This document shows, in pieces, positions 12,401 through 30,499 of a DNA stretch of 37,500 nucleotides. The DNA is from Rotaria socialis. Lineage: Eukaryota. The number at the start of each line of letters is the position of its first letter. Positions within the stretch are counted from its first letter, which is position 1. The stretch spans positions 372,001 through 409,500 of the forward strand of contig CAJNYD010000015.1 in NCBI GenBank assembly GCA_905331295.1, given 5' to 3'. Below the pieces are notes generated by a model. The model made no database searches. It worked only from the letters and a program-made list of their open reading frames with translations, and was not told where the DNA came from. The position numbers were made by a program, and so were the translations under genes.

Positions 12401-14997
12401 TATGAATCTTTTATAAACGTTTAAAAAAATGACCATTGAAATCATAGACGAGGACATAGTGTACTTCAAACTACGTTACCACCGAAAACTGAATATGTTA
12501 TATTGCTGAAGTTATCAAGTGTTCAACAAAGCTTATATGTGAAATTTCTTGAAGCTGTCGGTGCTCTAGCTAATCCGACCGAACGAACAATTAATCCGTT
12601 AAGAGCATTTGCTACTTGTTGCAAAGTATATGATAAAAATAGTTTTTAATTAAGAAGACACGGACTTTTTTTTAAAATAGATTTGGAATCATCCTGATGT
12701 TTTATATAAATTTGTTCGAGATCGTCAAGATGGATCTGATCTTGATCTAGATTTAGAAATCGATCAAAATTCTAATTCAATGAATAGACCATTATCAACA
12801 AAAATAAGATCAAATAATCGTTTAACTTTGGATAATCGTGCATCACCAGTTCCATTGCTACCAACAACAACAATGAATAATTCTTATGAAGCTTCAACAA
12901 CTATGTATCCAACGGACAGAAGAGAATTTGACTACGACTTTGTAAGCTTTTTTTATTTTGTTTTTATTCTATTAATTCATTCAATTGATTTCTTCAATAT
13001 AAGGCTAATTCAATTTTAAATTCTTACAATTGTGGTCAATTATCAAGTGGCATTAAATTTGAAGTAGCCTTAACAATTATTGATTTATCTATTAAAGTTG
13101 GCGATAAAGTTCTTCTATTTAGGTAAAAGCATTTTTCATTTTACTCATGTTTATACTTGAAGTTTATTTTATTCTTTCAGTCAAAGTTTATTATCACTTG
13201 ATAAATTAGAAGATTTTCTTAGTCACCGTAAAATACCTAATACAGAACAAAAATGGCAGAAAAATGTTAACTATTATCGTAAGTCAAATGTTCAAATAGA
13301 TCTTGATGTCGGCATCCTACAGTTAAAGTAGTTCAATGATATATTGATTTTTATTTAGGACTTGATGGTGCCACCAATTCTCTTGAACGTGAAAAATTAA
13401 TAAATGCATTCAATGGTTTAAATTCTAATGTAAAATTATTTTTACTATCAACTAGGTAATTTGCAGTGACATTTTCATTTATAAATTCTTCTTTCTTTTT
13501 TGCTTTGATTAGAGCCGGTTGTCTAGGAATAAACTTAATAAGTGCAAATCGAGTCATTGTCATGGACGTATCATGGAATCCGTGTCTCGATGCTCAAGCT
13601 GTTTGTCGTGTGTATCGTTATGGACAGCGAAAACATTGTTATATATATCGATTAATAGCCGATTTTACACTGGAAAAACGGATTTATGATAGGCAAATAG
13701 CAAAACAAGGAATGTCTGATCGTGTTGTTGATGAATTACAACCGCAAACTCAATTTACTAAAAATCATGTTCAAAATTTAATTCATTTTGCGGTATGAAA
13801 AAAGTGAATTTGTTGTAATATTTTGTAACATTTACAAAAAAAATGCTATAGACTGAAAAAGAAACAGCTGCACCAGATTTGATAACAAAAATCGATGAAA
13901 TATCAGACGATCCTATTCTATCGTCAATATGTAAACAATATACTCAATCAATAACAAAACTTCCGTTTACACACGAATCTCTTCTATTGGATCATAAAGA
14001 AAGTCAATTGACATCAGCTGAAAAACGTCGTGCACAAAAAGACTATCAATATGAAAAACAACGAAGTGTCTATTCGAATAGATCAAGATATAGTACACCA
14101 CGAGCGTAAAGAAGAAAACGAAAATAATGTGATTCCTTATTTTATTTTATTTTTTAGTTCATCATTTGTTAACAATAATCAGCGGTATTTCAATGACTAT
14201 AAACCACATTCATCTCCTTCGCCGTTTCCAACGGTCGAATCTCGTTTTCCACTGTATAATAATTTACAGACAACAGATAGAAAACTAGAAGAATTAAAAC
14301 AAAAAGGAGTTTCAATTCAACTGGTTGTACTTCAAAATCGTAAGTATGAAACAATAGTTATTAACTTAGATTTACTCAGGATACTAAAATAAAACAAAGA
14401 AACGATTTTGGTTTTCAATATAATTATTTAGCATTAGAAGTTCAAATGAGTGGACTCGAACGTTCTGTAATTCCAGCTGGTATTCGAATTCATCTTATTA
14501 AATCACCTAGCGGAGCCTATATAAGAACGCCAGATGGAAGGTTTTTTTCCATACGTCAATCAATATCAACAGCAATCACTAACCCCAAACCATTACAAAT
14601 AGCCACTCAATCATTACTAACTCCACCGCCACCGCCACCATCATCATATGATTTTCTGAACCAGTTAATATCGAGTAAGATCTTTCTAAAAATAAAAAAA
14701 GACTCTTTCTTAATTAAAATATTTTTAGATACTCCACTTCTGCCGCCTTCTGACATATCTTCTATGCCAGTAGGAAACGATTTAAATGATGAAATTGATG
14801 ATTTACTGGATGATAAAACGTTCACGTTACCTTCATCTTCATCGACCAGTGAAAATTTAAATCCTTGGAATATTAATTATTTTCAACAGAATAATTTTGA
14901 TTTAAATCTTTTCCCAAGTCAATCGAATAGTTCAGTATCATCAAATAATAATAACAGTACAAATGATTTTACTTCGAATCTTTTAACGTTTATATGA
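9413..14997 (+). CDS. RAD54L2: SNF2-family helicase ARIP4 / RAD54-like 2, multi-exon
   Basis: The spliced product contains [43 protein letters not shown] (Walker A), [65 protein letters not shown] and [18 protein letters not shown]. All introns checked are GT-AG. A probable 20-bp first exon (9413-9432, MKLSMAQ) splices in frame to the ATG at 10005; otherwise the start is 10005. Confidence 0.92.
10929..10982 (+). repeat. (GAT/GAC)n trinucleotide tract encoding poly-Asp in RAD54L2
   Basis: gatgatgacgatgatgacgacgacgacgacgacgac... in frame within an exon. Confidence 0.85.
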
Positions 14998-16117
14998 ATA
15001 ACTTAAATTCTTTTTTATTCGTTTCTTTTTTGTATATAGTTCAGCACGAAATTTACTTTTTTGTAAAATGTCGTTCGCGAAGAATTGAACTGGTTTTTTT
15101 TTGTTTGTTTATCGCTTTCATTCATACAGATTTAAGCATGTCATGTTGTTGCGTTTCTTCTGTGCAATGTCTTTTTTACCAAAACATTTTTCGTTTGCTA
15201 AAGTTGTTCGATGAGAAAAAAAAGGAAATATATCAAAACACAACAGTAGTTTTCAATTTTTTGTGAAGAAAAATATATATTTATTAGAGAAACGTGCCAA
15301 ATTGTGATTATTAATCATGTTTTTACCGTGCTTATAACAGACTTGTAAAAATAAGAATATATTATCTACCATTATTTTTCATTTCAAAACTAAAGTGTTG
15401 ATTTTTCTTTGTTCATTTTCTTTCTGAAAGTTTACGAGTTTAAGTATGTCGATTAATTTATATGTTCAAATATAAAATAAATTGAAAATATTTGTTTTTA
15501 AATCTAGATTTTGTCATAGATCAAGTTCGGAATTTTAACGTTATATTTCTGTAGCCTAAAAATAGGCCAAAGTAAACGATAGTAATTTGAATAAAAACAA
15601 GAATCGTTATCTTTCTGCATATCTTTTCCTTCGCAGTATGTACTTTCTGACTTGACAAAATAAAAGTAAACTGCGTTTTGTTTCTCATTCAACTTTAAGT
15701 ATGTAAAGAATTTTGTTTCTCTTTCATCACATTTTCAAACGGTTGATTTTTCTAAATTAAAAATTCATAGTAGAAGAATCATTGTTGGAAACAATCAACA
15801 AACAATGATATCAAATCGAAAAACATGCAGAACAAAAAGATAAATAAATATTTCTTATTTTTTTATCTTTATTCAAAAAAAAAAGAAGTAAAAATATCAT
15901 AATTTTCTTTCGCCTACAATGAAAAATAACGTATGATTCATAGAAATAAATTATTTATAAATCATGAATTGCAGTACTATTTATTTGTCTATATTTAGAA
16001 GATTTTTTGAGTGAAATTCACTATCAGAGAAAAACTCGACTCAATTATAATATGATTATTGATATCATACGCATTTGTTTTTCGTATCAGCATCTTAGCA
16101 TTATCTTAAAGTTTTAG

Positions 16118-19110
16118 ATGGCTATACCAATAGCAAATAAAGTTATATCCTACTTTTTTATATTCGACTTTTACCATATGAAAAAGTCAACAGACGAAAA
16201 TGATCTTCTTCAAGAATCAATTATTTATTTCTATTCAGCAAAAGAAGATCTATTAAGACAAGTATTGACATGAGAAACTGTGTGAAGCTAGAAAAATCGA
16301 ATGCTACAAAATTTTTGCTCATGAAATTTTTATAAATAAAACTCTAATGTGTCGTGTTTTTCTCGTCCAGAAGCTTCTCGATTGTGCAGAAATTATTGGT
16401 TTAATACAATATTTCAATTATGATCTATTCTCTTCTGTACCAAAAGAATTTACTTTCAAAAAATCACTTGTGATATGTCAACATTATGGAAGACATAGTG
16501 TGGTGATTACGATTGCTGAATTTAATTTTTCATTGTCGTTTTTCTTTTTCATTTAGTTTTTAGTTCTATCGAAAGATCGATTCACTTCAGATGAGGGAAA
16601 TATTCATCTTACTCATATTCTTCAATTATTTCATACACTCTACGGAACACTCAATCATATACAATCCGTATGAAAATAGATAAATGAAATTAAAATTATA
16701 CACAGATATTATTTTATTTATAGACTCATCCCGATATTAATCAAATTCATATGTATCTTAAACAAACCTTAAAACCCATCACAGAATATGTATTTTACGG
16801 AAATCGTTCAATACAAACGCTGTTTGCAACTGTTGATTATGCGCCATTACAAAAAGTAATGCAACAAACGCGACATCATGTTTCTGTTCATTGGTTTTCG
16901 TTTTCGTTTTATAGAATAATACACGATGTTTATTAAATATGAAACATCTTTTACAGCACGTACAATCCAAATATGCCATTAAAGATGGATTATTTGCTTA
17001 TGAAAATAGGTTAGTAGAAATAAATAATCTTCTATAGTATACATATTATTCAATTCATAGAATATTATATTCAACATTGGATAGCGATAAAACATTTTAT
17101 TTACAAGTGATACTCAATTTGGAACAAAATCTACCTGTAAGTTATATTTTCATACAATTAAAGTGGATTAGTTATGATCGCTAACAACAAAATGAAGAAA
17201 ATACAGTAAAGAATCATCGTTGAGAGCGAGTATATTTCATAGATGGTTTTTCCAACTTTAATCCGTATAATTCTATTAATCATTGTCAAGCTAAAAAAGA
17301 TAGTTAAACTTGAAATTTTCTATCAATATCAACAAATATCGACTTGTACGTTTATGAATCGATTTCTACTAAAATATTTTCTAGGTAGATACAATATACG
17401 TTTCATTAGGAGCAAAAATTAAATTAAAAAATGGTGTATCACTCATTCGAATACATCTCCATCGACCATCGAGTTTACAACCAATTTCAAATGCTAAAAA
17501 TATAAAAACTGAACAAGATTCTAACCTGCAAGTATCATCAAAACCAATCGATATCATCATGCCTTTATTCTTCAATGAAAATGATACCTCTTCAATAAAT
17601 TTTCATTCAAATAGTATGGATTATTCGGAATCTTTCAACATTGAAAATCGATATGATACGATTATTCCAGATGATTCCACTGGTTTATCACAACAAATAA
17701 CTATTTATGATACTGATCGATTAGACCATATCTCATCTGTAAAGAACAATGAAATAAATCTTGATGTATCATTCACTCATGAAAATATATCTGAGTCTGT
17801 GAAACAAGTTACTATCACTTTCTTTTATTGTGTATTTTATTTTTAAAATATTTTCGTTGATTTAGCTACCAAATGATAAATCCAGCATAGCATTCTCATC
17901 AAAGTTGAATGATGAATCAATCACTGATGATAAAAAAAGAAAATTTCTATTAGAACGATCTTCATCAGTAACAACAACAACTATGGGACTTGGAAAATCT
18001 CAAAATTCAGATCGAGATTTATCACTTTCGAATGATTCAATTGATAAAGTTACATTTATACCCATAGAAAAAGATGATTGTGAAACTGATTGCAGTACAG
18101 AAGATATTATCTGTTTACCTCCTAAATCATCGTCATTTTCAAAGTTTCCTCGAACGCGTCAAAGAACTCTTACGAATCATTTGAATTGTACTCATATTGA
18201 AAATAGTGATAGTGATCAACATGAACGATATGTTAAATGGGGAGATGTAGCAGAAAAAAACGATGAGGCTGAACGCGATGAATTAATACTTTACGTTCAA
18301 CGAAATTCACGCATGACATTCGCTGGAATAATCGAACATCAGTCATTATCAGAGGAATATCTTCAAAAATTGGTGAGCAAAATAAATAAATGAGATTCCG
18401 ACGTAGAAGTTTGTTTTCGGAAATAAAACATTTGAAATTCTAGTTAGAGCGTGTCTTAGTTTTATGAGATTTTTTGTTGAATAGAAAGCAAATAACACTG
18501 ATTTTTCCCAATGCGATTTCAGAAAAAAAAACGAATTCGAAAATATCTAGTAGTTAGAAAAGAATTTTCTTACTCTTCGATAGTGGTATTTAATGGTGAC
18601 TGAAATGGCAGATATGGATAGAGACATTCAAATTATTCCAGCTGCTGGCGTAATAAACGTAAAAAAAAATTGAAAATATTGACAAAATAAACTATGATGA
18701 AGTTCATTTTTATAGAAAAATAATACTGATGTTAAATTTCATTTCAATGACGTTACCCGTCAAGCTCAATGTAAGTCATTTTCTTTTTATTGATCTGTTT
18801 TGAAAGCATCCACTTTCAGTTGAACGAATATTGGATTCAAATCGTCATTATTATAAAATTCCTTCTGCTGATCATTCATGCATGGGATTTAATGCACATA
18901 CAAAATTAAATCAAAATTCAGAACGAAAAATGATTGCGCTCTCGTAAGATGATATATTTGTCCTTTTTGTCGGTCATAATCACAAAATCTTTTTTTTTCT
19001 TTTTTTATATTATTATATATTATAGAAAAGGTAATAATCTAATATCAGTCAATCGAAACCTACCTGATCGTATGACTTACTTCTGTCGACGATTACAAGA
19101 GCCTCAATGA
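16118..19110 (+). CDS. HPS4: HPS4-like (BLOC-3 subunit; CCZ1/INTU/HPS4 longin family), multi-exon
   Basis: The N-terminus YFFIFD...DENDLLQESIIYFYS...LLRQKLLDCAEIIGLI resembles the HPS4 first longin domain (YFFLYD...GICYFYP...ELLCGQIAGV). A long Ser/Asp-rich middle region precedes LILYVQ...FAGIIE. The 5' and 3' exons were spliced with GT-AG junctions, and the stop is TGA at 19108-19110. Confidence 0.65.
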
Positions 19111-19745
19111 CAAATTGCTTTTTCTTCCATTCGTATATAAAGAAAACTTGAGACATGTTAATATTTAACAAAGATCAAAATAAAATGTATTTTCATTATT
19201 TTTAGTTACTGACAGTAAAGGTTTATTTTTAGATGAACTCCGTTTTTCTAGTATATGGTTTATTTCCAAATATGTTTCCTTACAAATCCAATGAAATTCA
19301 AAATGAATAACACCGGATATCGTTCATGATTATGAAATACATGTAAATGAACATTTCGCACAAAAAACTAGGTGATTATTTGAAAAAAAAATACAATTAA
19401 TGATCATAGTTTATCACCAATTCGTTATGAAATATGTGTTAGAGACACGAATAGGTAAATTATAATTCTTGTATGCTATTCATCAACGCTATTCTCATCG
19501 ACTGTCGAATAATTGATGAAAAATATCAATGTTATAACTGTTGTTTTTATACATATAAACCTGTTCGGATATCGTTTTTATTTTTTAGTTTAATATTTGT
19601 CTATTTCAATTAATATTGAGCAAACAAAAAAGCATAGAACAATATCTTTGACATCTTCGTTACAGCCACAGCCCATTGCCAGAAACAAGAAAAATAAAAA
19701 ATAACTGTATACATAGACTAGAGGAGAAAAAGCAAATAAATAATT

Positions 19746-22307
19746 CTATCTAGGAAACATGACAGCGAGAGATATTATAATAGCAGTCAAATATATGAAA
19801 AAGAAGGTTCGATCTAGAACAAGTGCGACTTGTTTCCAATCATTAACTGTTTTAGCTTTTGCTTCTTTATCTTCCATACGTTTTTTTGTTGTTCGTAAAA
19901 AATTTCTTATTTCTTTCAAATCAGTTTCAACAGTCATAAATGCAAGTGATGCTGTTATTTGTTGTTGAATTTGTTCCGATAAAGGATCTTCTATTGATTG
20001 CTCACGTCCATGTTCAATAGTTAACTCTATATTCTCATTATTGGAATCATCATTTGTCGTATGCAAATGTTTATCTCCAAACGATTTAAAACGTCCCTTG
20101 AGTAATTCAAATTGTTCAAACTTATCACTATCACATACTGCTTTCTTTGGTGGCATTAAACTATGAGATCCATGAGGTTCACGTGTAGTTCTATGTGGTA
20201 CCATACAAAAAAGTGTTGCAAGCCATTCAAGAAAAACCTTTATCAAGCGAAAAATAATTCCTTTTAAAACTAAACTAATCTAAATAGTATACTTTTCTTA
20301 GTACGGCTGGCATTGGTCCACTACCACGAAAATAAATATGAACTACAATCGTACATAGAAACGTTGATGTAGCAATCATTCCCATATTCAAACAATAATA
20401 TGCACCTATGGGAATAAAACGACATTAGTTTCCATTAAAGTGAAAGGAAATAATTTTATCCGAAGAAAAATATTTCCTTTCCGGAATATGATCTTTTACC
20501 TATGCGTGGAATGTGTTCCGCATTGGATGGCATATTTTTATAGAGAAGAAGTAGCAGCACAAAAAATGATGTAAATATATTCATTCCTATTTAAAAAGGC
20601 AATCGTGATTGTAATATAAGAAGCAGATGAAAAAAGAAAAGAAAAAGCTATTAGATTTACCGAGTACTAATTTTGATGGACTTTCTGGCTAATAGAAAAT
20701 AAAAGAATAAAATCATGAATTTATTCAATTATTGAGCTTACAGGTAACCAAAAGAGAATACATGTTAAACAGGATAAAAGTACACAAGGCAATATTAATA
20801 TATAATTATAAAAACCACCACGTCGTTCAAGACTAATAAAAAATTTTAAATCAACATAAACTTCTGGACAACAATCTAAATCATAATAACAGTCGAAATA
20901 AACAAAGAGATAATGGATATATGATATATGTAAACTTGATTCTTACCATATTTTTCCGTAAAACGAGATGCCCTGTTTCCAACAATAGACCATTCATTTG
21001 ATTTAACATAGGCATTAAGATCAAACTTTTTTATACCACGGTAAAATTTTAAATCTACTTTTGATTGATCATATGTCCATGTACCAAATTTCATAGAACA
21101 ATTTTGACGATCATACGGAAAACGACTAGAATTATATAAATAGAAGAAAACACAACTTTCCTTTACCTGCACGAACAAATTCAATTACCGAATATCAATT
21201 TGACATGTCGATTTAAAAATTGACATCGGTTTCCAAAACACTGTTCCATTATGATAAACAATGGCTAATACATCGCGTTTTTCTTCAAGTCGTGTATCAG
21301 CACTAGACGATAAAATAAGAACAATGTCTTCGACTAATTAATTTAGTGAACTAGATGCATGGAACTATGCTAGATTAACTATTCTAATCATCCATATATA
21401 TGCATAGAAACGGACATAGTTAAGATAAATCTGTTTCATAAGAGTAGAATGAATTGTAAATGTTTAATTAATCGAGCTTGTTTCTTGCAAAGATTTTTAA
21501 ATATTTTCTATCCTGTCAATACACAACTTACTAATTATACAATGTCACATCAGGTTGCCAAATGCGTTTTATTGGTAAACGTATATCCTTAAGATTATCT
21601 TTGAAACAAAAAACGTCGTCATGTATTTTTTTCTTCAAAATTCATCAGTCAAGTTCATCTACCGTAATGTGCTGGATCCCTAGAATAGAAAAAAAAAACA
21701 TCAGCTAAAAAGAAAAATATTTCTATTTATTCTATTTACCATTTTAATGCTTCATCTTCCCACTCCTGAAAAAAAAAGCAAACAACGCTGATAATGATGA
21801 TGATCAAAAGATAAAAAATGATATTACATACATAAATTTGCCATTGGTTAGTTATTAATACTTGATTTTTTTCATCCTAAAAGATCTTCGTTTAGTTTAT
21901 CAGCGTCCTCATTATTTTCTTCTATTTTTACGTACAAGGTCACTTATATGAATAAGTTGTAAACCAAATCGTACTTCAACGCCTTCACTCGTATTTCTCA
22001 CAGGTCGACCCCATCGAACTTGATAACTATCAAGTAGGTCACAAATAAGCCTCTGTTCAGCGTTCCATGTGCGAATTCGATATCGATTACATTTTTGTTC
22101 GAAACTCCAATCGACTATAATAAATCGATTAGATTAAAAATTAATATGAATGTAATTGAAATTCAGTTATCGCAATGTAAGTAATATAGACATCTGCTCT
22201 TTTTCAATTTTAATATTTAATCTCTTACTATGATAAAGATTACAACGTGGAAAATGATTTTTTTTACCTGTGACAAGAATTATTAAAATGATCGATGGAG
22301 AGAGCAT
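19746..22307 (-). CDS. Cys-loop ligand-gated channel, nicotinic acetylcholine receptor alpha-type subunit, multi-exon
   Basis: Signal-like MLSPSIILIILVT, GRPVRN, IWQPDVTLYNYAD, Cys loop CQIDIRRFPYDRQNC, loop B GTWTYD, loop C YDCCPEVY (vicinal Cys), M1 YILILPCVLLS, linker/M2 LPPESPSKLVLGMNIFTSFFVLLLLL, M4 DWKQVALVLDRTFF. Confidence 0.93.
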
Positions 22308-24368
22308 GGTTTAATTACAAATGGCGGAAGCGTGGCACATGATGAGTTATTATTAATATGAACTAATTCAAAAATTTATTTCCTATCGTTAATTCTCTTT
22401 TAGTCTGTGTGTGTATTCGTTTGTGTACTTCTATGTTGATAGTAGTGCATCGTATGTTGCTATTTTTTTTCTATACTTTTCTTGTGCGACAAGAAGCGAG
22501 GGAGAGCAAGAGTAAGAGTCAGAGAAGAAGAAGGAGGAAAAGTGTTGTTCGGCAATTGGGAAAATGCTGTTACAGTGTGACATACTCCCTCTCGCGAGAT
22601 CGAACAAGAGAAGAGAGTCATATCATATATTTTTGCTATACATTTCTGCAAGTGTTGCGTTTCGATTAGAAATTATAAGAGAGTGTTCTGATTTGTTACA
22701 TTAGGAATACCTAAGTATGATAGAAAAGATATGGATACTAAGGAATTAGAGTGTGCGAAGCACATTGATAGGGAAAACCTTATTGCAAAAAGTGTATTTA
22801 TATATCATTGTGTTTGTACGATGGAAGAAATTACATAGCAACCGATTGATAATTTGATTACTGAAACCAATAGCTATATCTATACTTAGAAGGCACATAG
22901 AAAAGGAAAGAAAACAAGACACTCATCATCTTTATTAGTGAATCTTTTCTTTGTTATTTTTTCCTATTAAACACAAAGAACGTCTCTTTCAATTAACCCT
23001 TGTGTATGTGTTTGTCCATATATAGATAGCATTGCAGATTTTTTGATTGACTGCCAGCCACTGAGGGACTACCAGGAGGGAAAAGACAAGAGAAAACGTT
23101 TGGTCTCACAAAGAAAGAAATCTGATTTTGAGATTTCTTTCATCGTCATTTCATCCTTACATCAAACATACTGAAAAAAGAATCCAATGGCAAGGTATCA
23201 TCTTCCAGATTGCATTATTTGATTAGATAGAAAACTATATATAAATATTTTTAACATCAATTATTTCTATGCCTATGTATAAAATCGTATTAGTAATGAC
23301 AACGTAATGGTTTCCGAAAGCAAAACGTTTCAGTTTCTTTTCTTACTTATTGCATCAAGAAATGAGTCAGAATAAACTAAAAGACACCATAGAAAAAATT
23401 ATTCTAACTCGAAGTTTGTAATCGAATCGTATGCGTGTATTGACGTAGCTATAATAGCATACATCATGCAATTTAAGATTAAAAGCACGCACTATAATCA
23501 ATGTAAATGAAAGAATGAACATACTATATATATATATATATATGTATACATGCTTTTTGTGCCTTTTGATTATGATTAACACTACTTGTTTCCGTTTTTG
23601 TTACTTTTCATTTTCTGCATGCCATTTTGTTCTGATATAGCCGAATTTTGGGGAGTCCTTGACTACTGTATCATGTTTCTTTTAATTATCATTTCTTAGA
23701 TTCGACTTAGTTTTCTTGTGGTTATTCACAGATTCATTGCTTACTACATACAATAGACTAGGAATTTGCTTTCTTTTCTCTCCATCTTCCGAGAATATTC
23801 ATTAATAAATCGATATGAAAATATTGACACTTGCATGTTTCTCTTTATATACATTTCTTTCATTTGTTTAACCTTACTATTAGTTTTTCATTGAATGAGA
23901 AATTCAAGGTGTTGTTTCTAGAAGAAGAAAAAAAAACTATACTGATGCTTGAAATCAATTCTAATCTAAAACTGCTTAATATAGACCATTTCATTACGAT
24001 CGTGAACTAAGTATGGAAAAACGTATGTAACTCATTAGTCTAAAATGGTTTGCTACACGATTGTATCATTTATCCTGATAGACAAAGTCAACTTTATCAG
24101 TTTGCTGAGTAAATACATTGCCCAAGACCATCTATTTAACCGATAAATGACTTCGATGAAAGCACTTATCATTCATTACTAGTTTTCAGCACTTGTAGAT
24201 GATCATCAACAACCATATTTTTTATTTACCAATAGAAACAATAAGCATATTCATTTAAATAAAAAATAACATCCACACCAAAAGTATAACGGATAAAAAA
24301 AAATAACAAATAAGTAAAGGTTCAAAAACACACGCAAACACACATCAGCAAAGAATATTAAAGGTATA

Positions 24369-29096
<4,728 letters not shown>

Positions 29097-29936
29097 ATGA
29101 GTAGTGACAATCAAGTCGATGAAGATAATGACATTGTAACATCAAGTATTGAGAAAACTGATGAGCCAGCTGAAACAAAGTCTCATTCATCGGAATCTGA
29201 TAATGACGATACTGACAGTAATGCTAGCAGTGAATATGAAGTTGTAAGTTTATAAAGGAAAATTAATTGTTAACGAAAAAAAAAAGAAAGATTTGGTTCA
29301 TTAATTTTATTTTTATTTTTCAAGGAAAAAATTGTTTCGAAACGTCGACGTGGTCGTGGCGGATATGAATATTATATTAAATGGGTAGGCTATGACGAAT
29401 CAGCAAATGAATGGATTCCTGAAGCAAGTTTAAATTGTCCAGAACGTCTGGAGGAGTTTCATCGCGAAGAAGCGCGTAAACAAAAACGACCGAAAAGAGA
29501 AAAAGAACGAAGTTTTTTTCAAAAACGTCGAAATTATAATAACAGCAATCGGTCAAAGAAAAAAAAACGTCGAGTAAAAGTTATTGTAGACGACGATGAT
29601 AATGATGATGACGATGAAGAACAACAACAACAACAACAACAACAAACAACTCAATCAGTTGAATCTTCAAATAGTACGTCGAAAACTTCTGATCAAAATC
29701 AACAAATTAAATCTCTTACTTACGGAGTTGAAAAAGGTTATGAAGTTCAAGCTATTCTTGGTATTAATCGTACGAAAGGCGATCAATTACATTATCTTGT
29801 TCATTATAAATCACCAACTATATTTGATGATAATATGGAATTAATTCCATCTACTATTGCAAAGCAATATTGTGAAGATGAATTAATTCAGTTTTATGAA
29901 ACAAGAATCGCATGGAATGATCGTCAAACAGATTGA
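29097..29936 (+). CDS. HP1/chromobox-like protein (chromodomain + chromoshadow domain), 2 exons (29097-29243, 29324-29936)
   Basis: Acidic N-terminus; chromodomain EYEV|EKIVSKR...YEYYIKWVGYDESANEWIPEASLNCPERLEEF; basic/acidic/poly-Q hinge; C-terminal GVEKGYEVQAILG...YLVHYK...ELIPSTIAKQYCEDELIQFYETRIAW (chromoshadow-like). Confidence 0.88.
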
Positions 29937-30380
29937 TCACAGAGAAAAACAAATTAACACAATCTTATTTTTACTCTCATGTATTCATACAATAACATTT
30001 TGTCGTATCGTTTTTGTGTTTCATATCGTTCTACTGTGATATACTGTATATATGTGTTATTGTTAACTAGAAAAAGAGCCGATAGAGAAAGATTTACTTT
30101 TTTTTTTCATTCTGAACAAAGAAAAGCTTGTTACAGTTTGGTATCTATTACTTCGCATGTTCTTCATTGTGAAAATGTTTAAATTTTTATGCCAAATCAT
30201 CTTTTCTCTTCCATAGGAAAATAAGCTTTTTTAAGAATCAAATAAGTTTCTATATCAAATGAAACAAATGGCTGATTTTATTATTCTAAATAATTCTTAC
30301 AATAGATGATTCGAAAAAAGTTTCATTCATATATTGGTTGATCATTAAGAAAATATTTTTTTACGAATATTTAAAAGATT

Positions 30381-30431
30381 AAGAAAAATATGAATTAATG
30401 GAATCTGTTAATTCAACAAAACAAAGAAGCA
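30381..30431. repeat. Left copy of a 51-bp exact inverted repeat (partner 37450-37500)
   Basis: aagaaaaatatgaattaatggaatctgttaattcaacaaaacaaagaagca is the exact reverse complement of 37450-37500. Confidence 0.95.
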
Positions 30432-30499
30432 TTTCTGTCTTGACATTTCATTATAAAAATATGACGAATAAAAATAAAAATATATTGCAATCATAATAG

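Noticed and set aside
16105..16120. Splice acceptor directly before the HPS4-like ATG as evidence of SL trans-splicing or an operon with RAD54L2
   Set aside because: Ordinary donor sites exist upstream (e.g. GTATGT near 15699), so a 5'-UTR intron explains it. No SL RNA gene was seen.
29158..29185. Hammerhead-like core CTGATGA-GCCAGC-TGAAAC-AAA-GTC
   Set aside because: It lies in the HP1 coding exon (TDEPAETKS), has an extra base before GAAA and lacks a convincing stem I, so it is probably coincidence.
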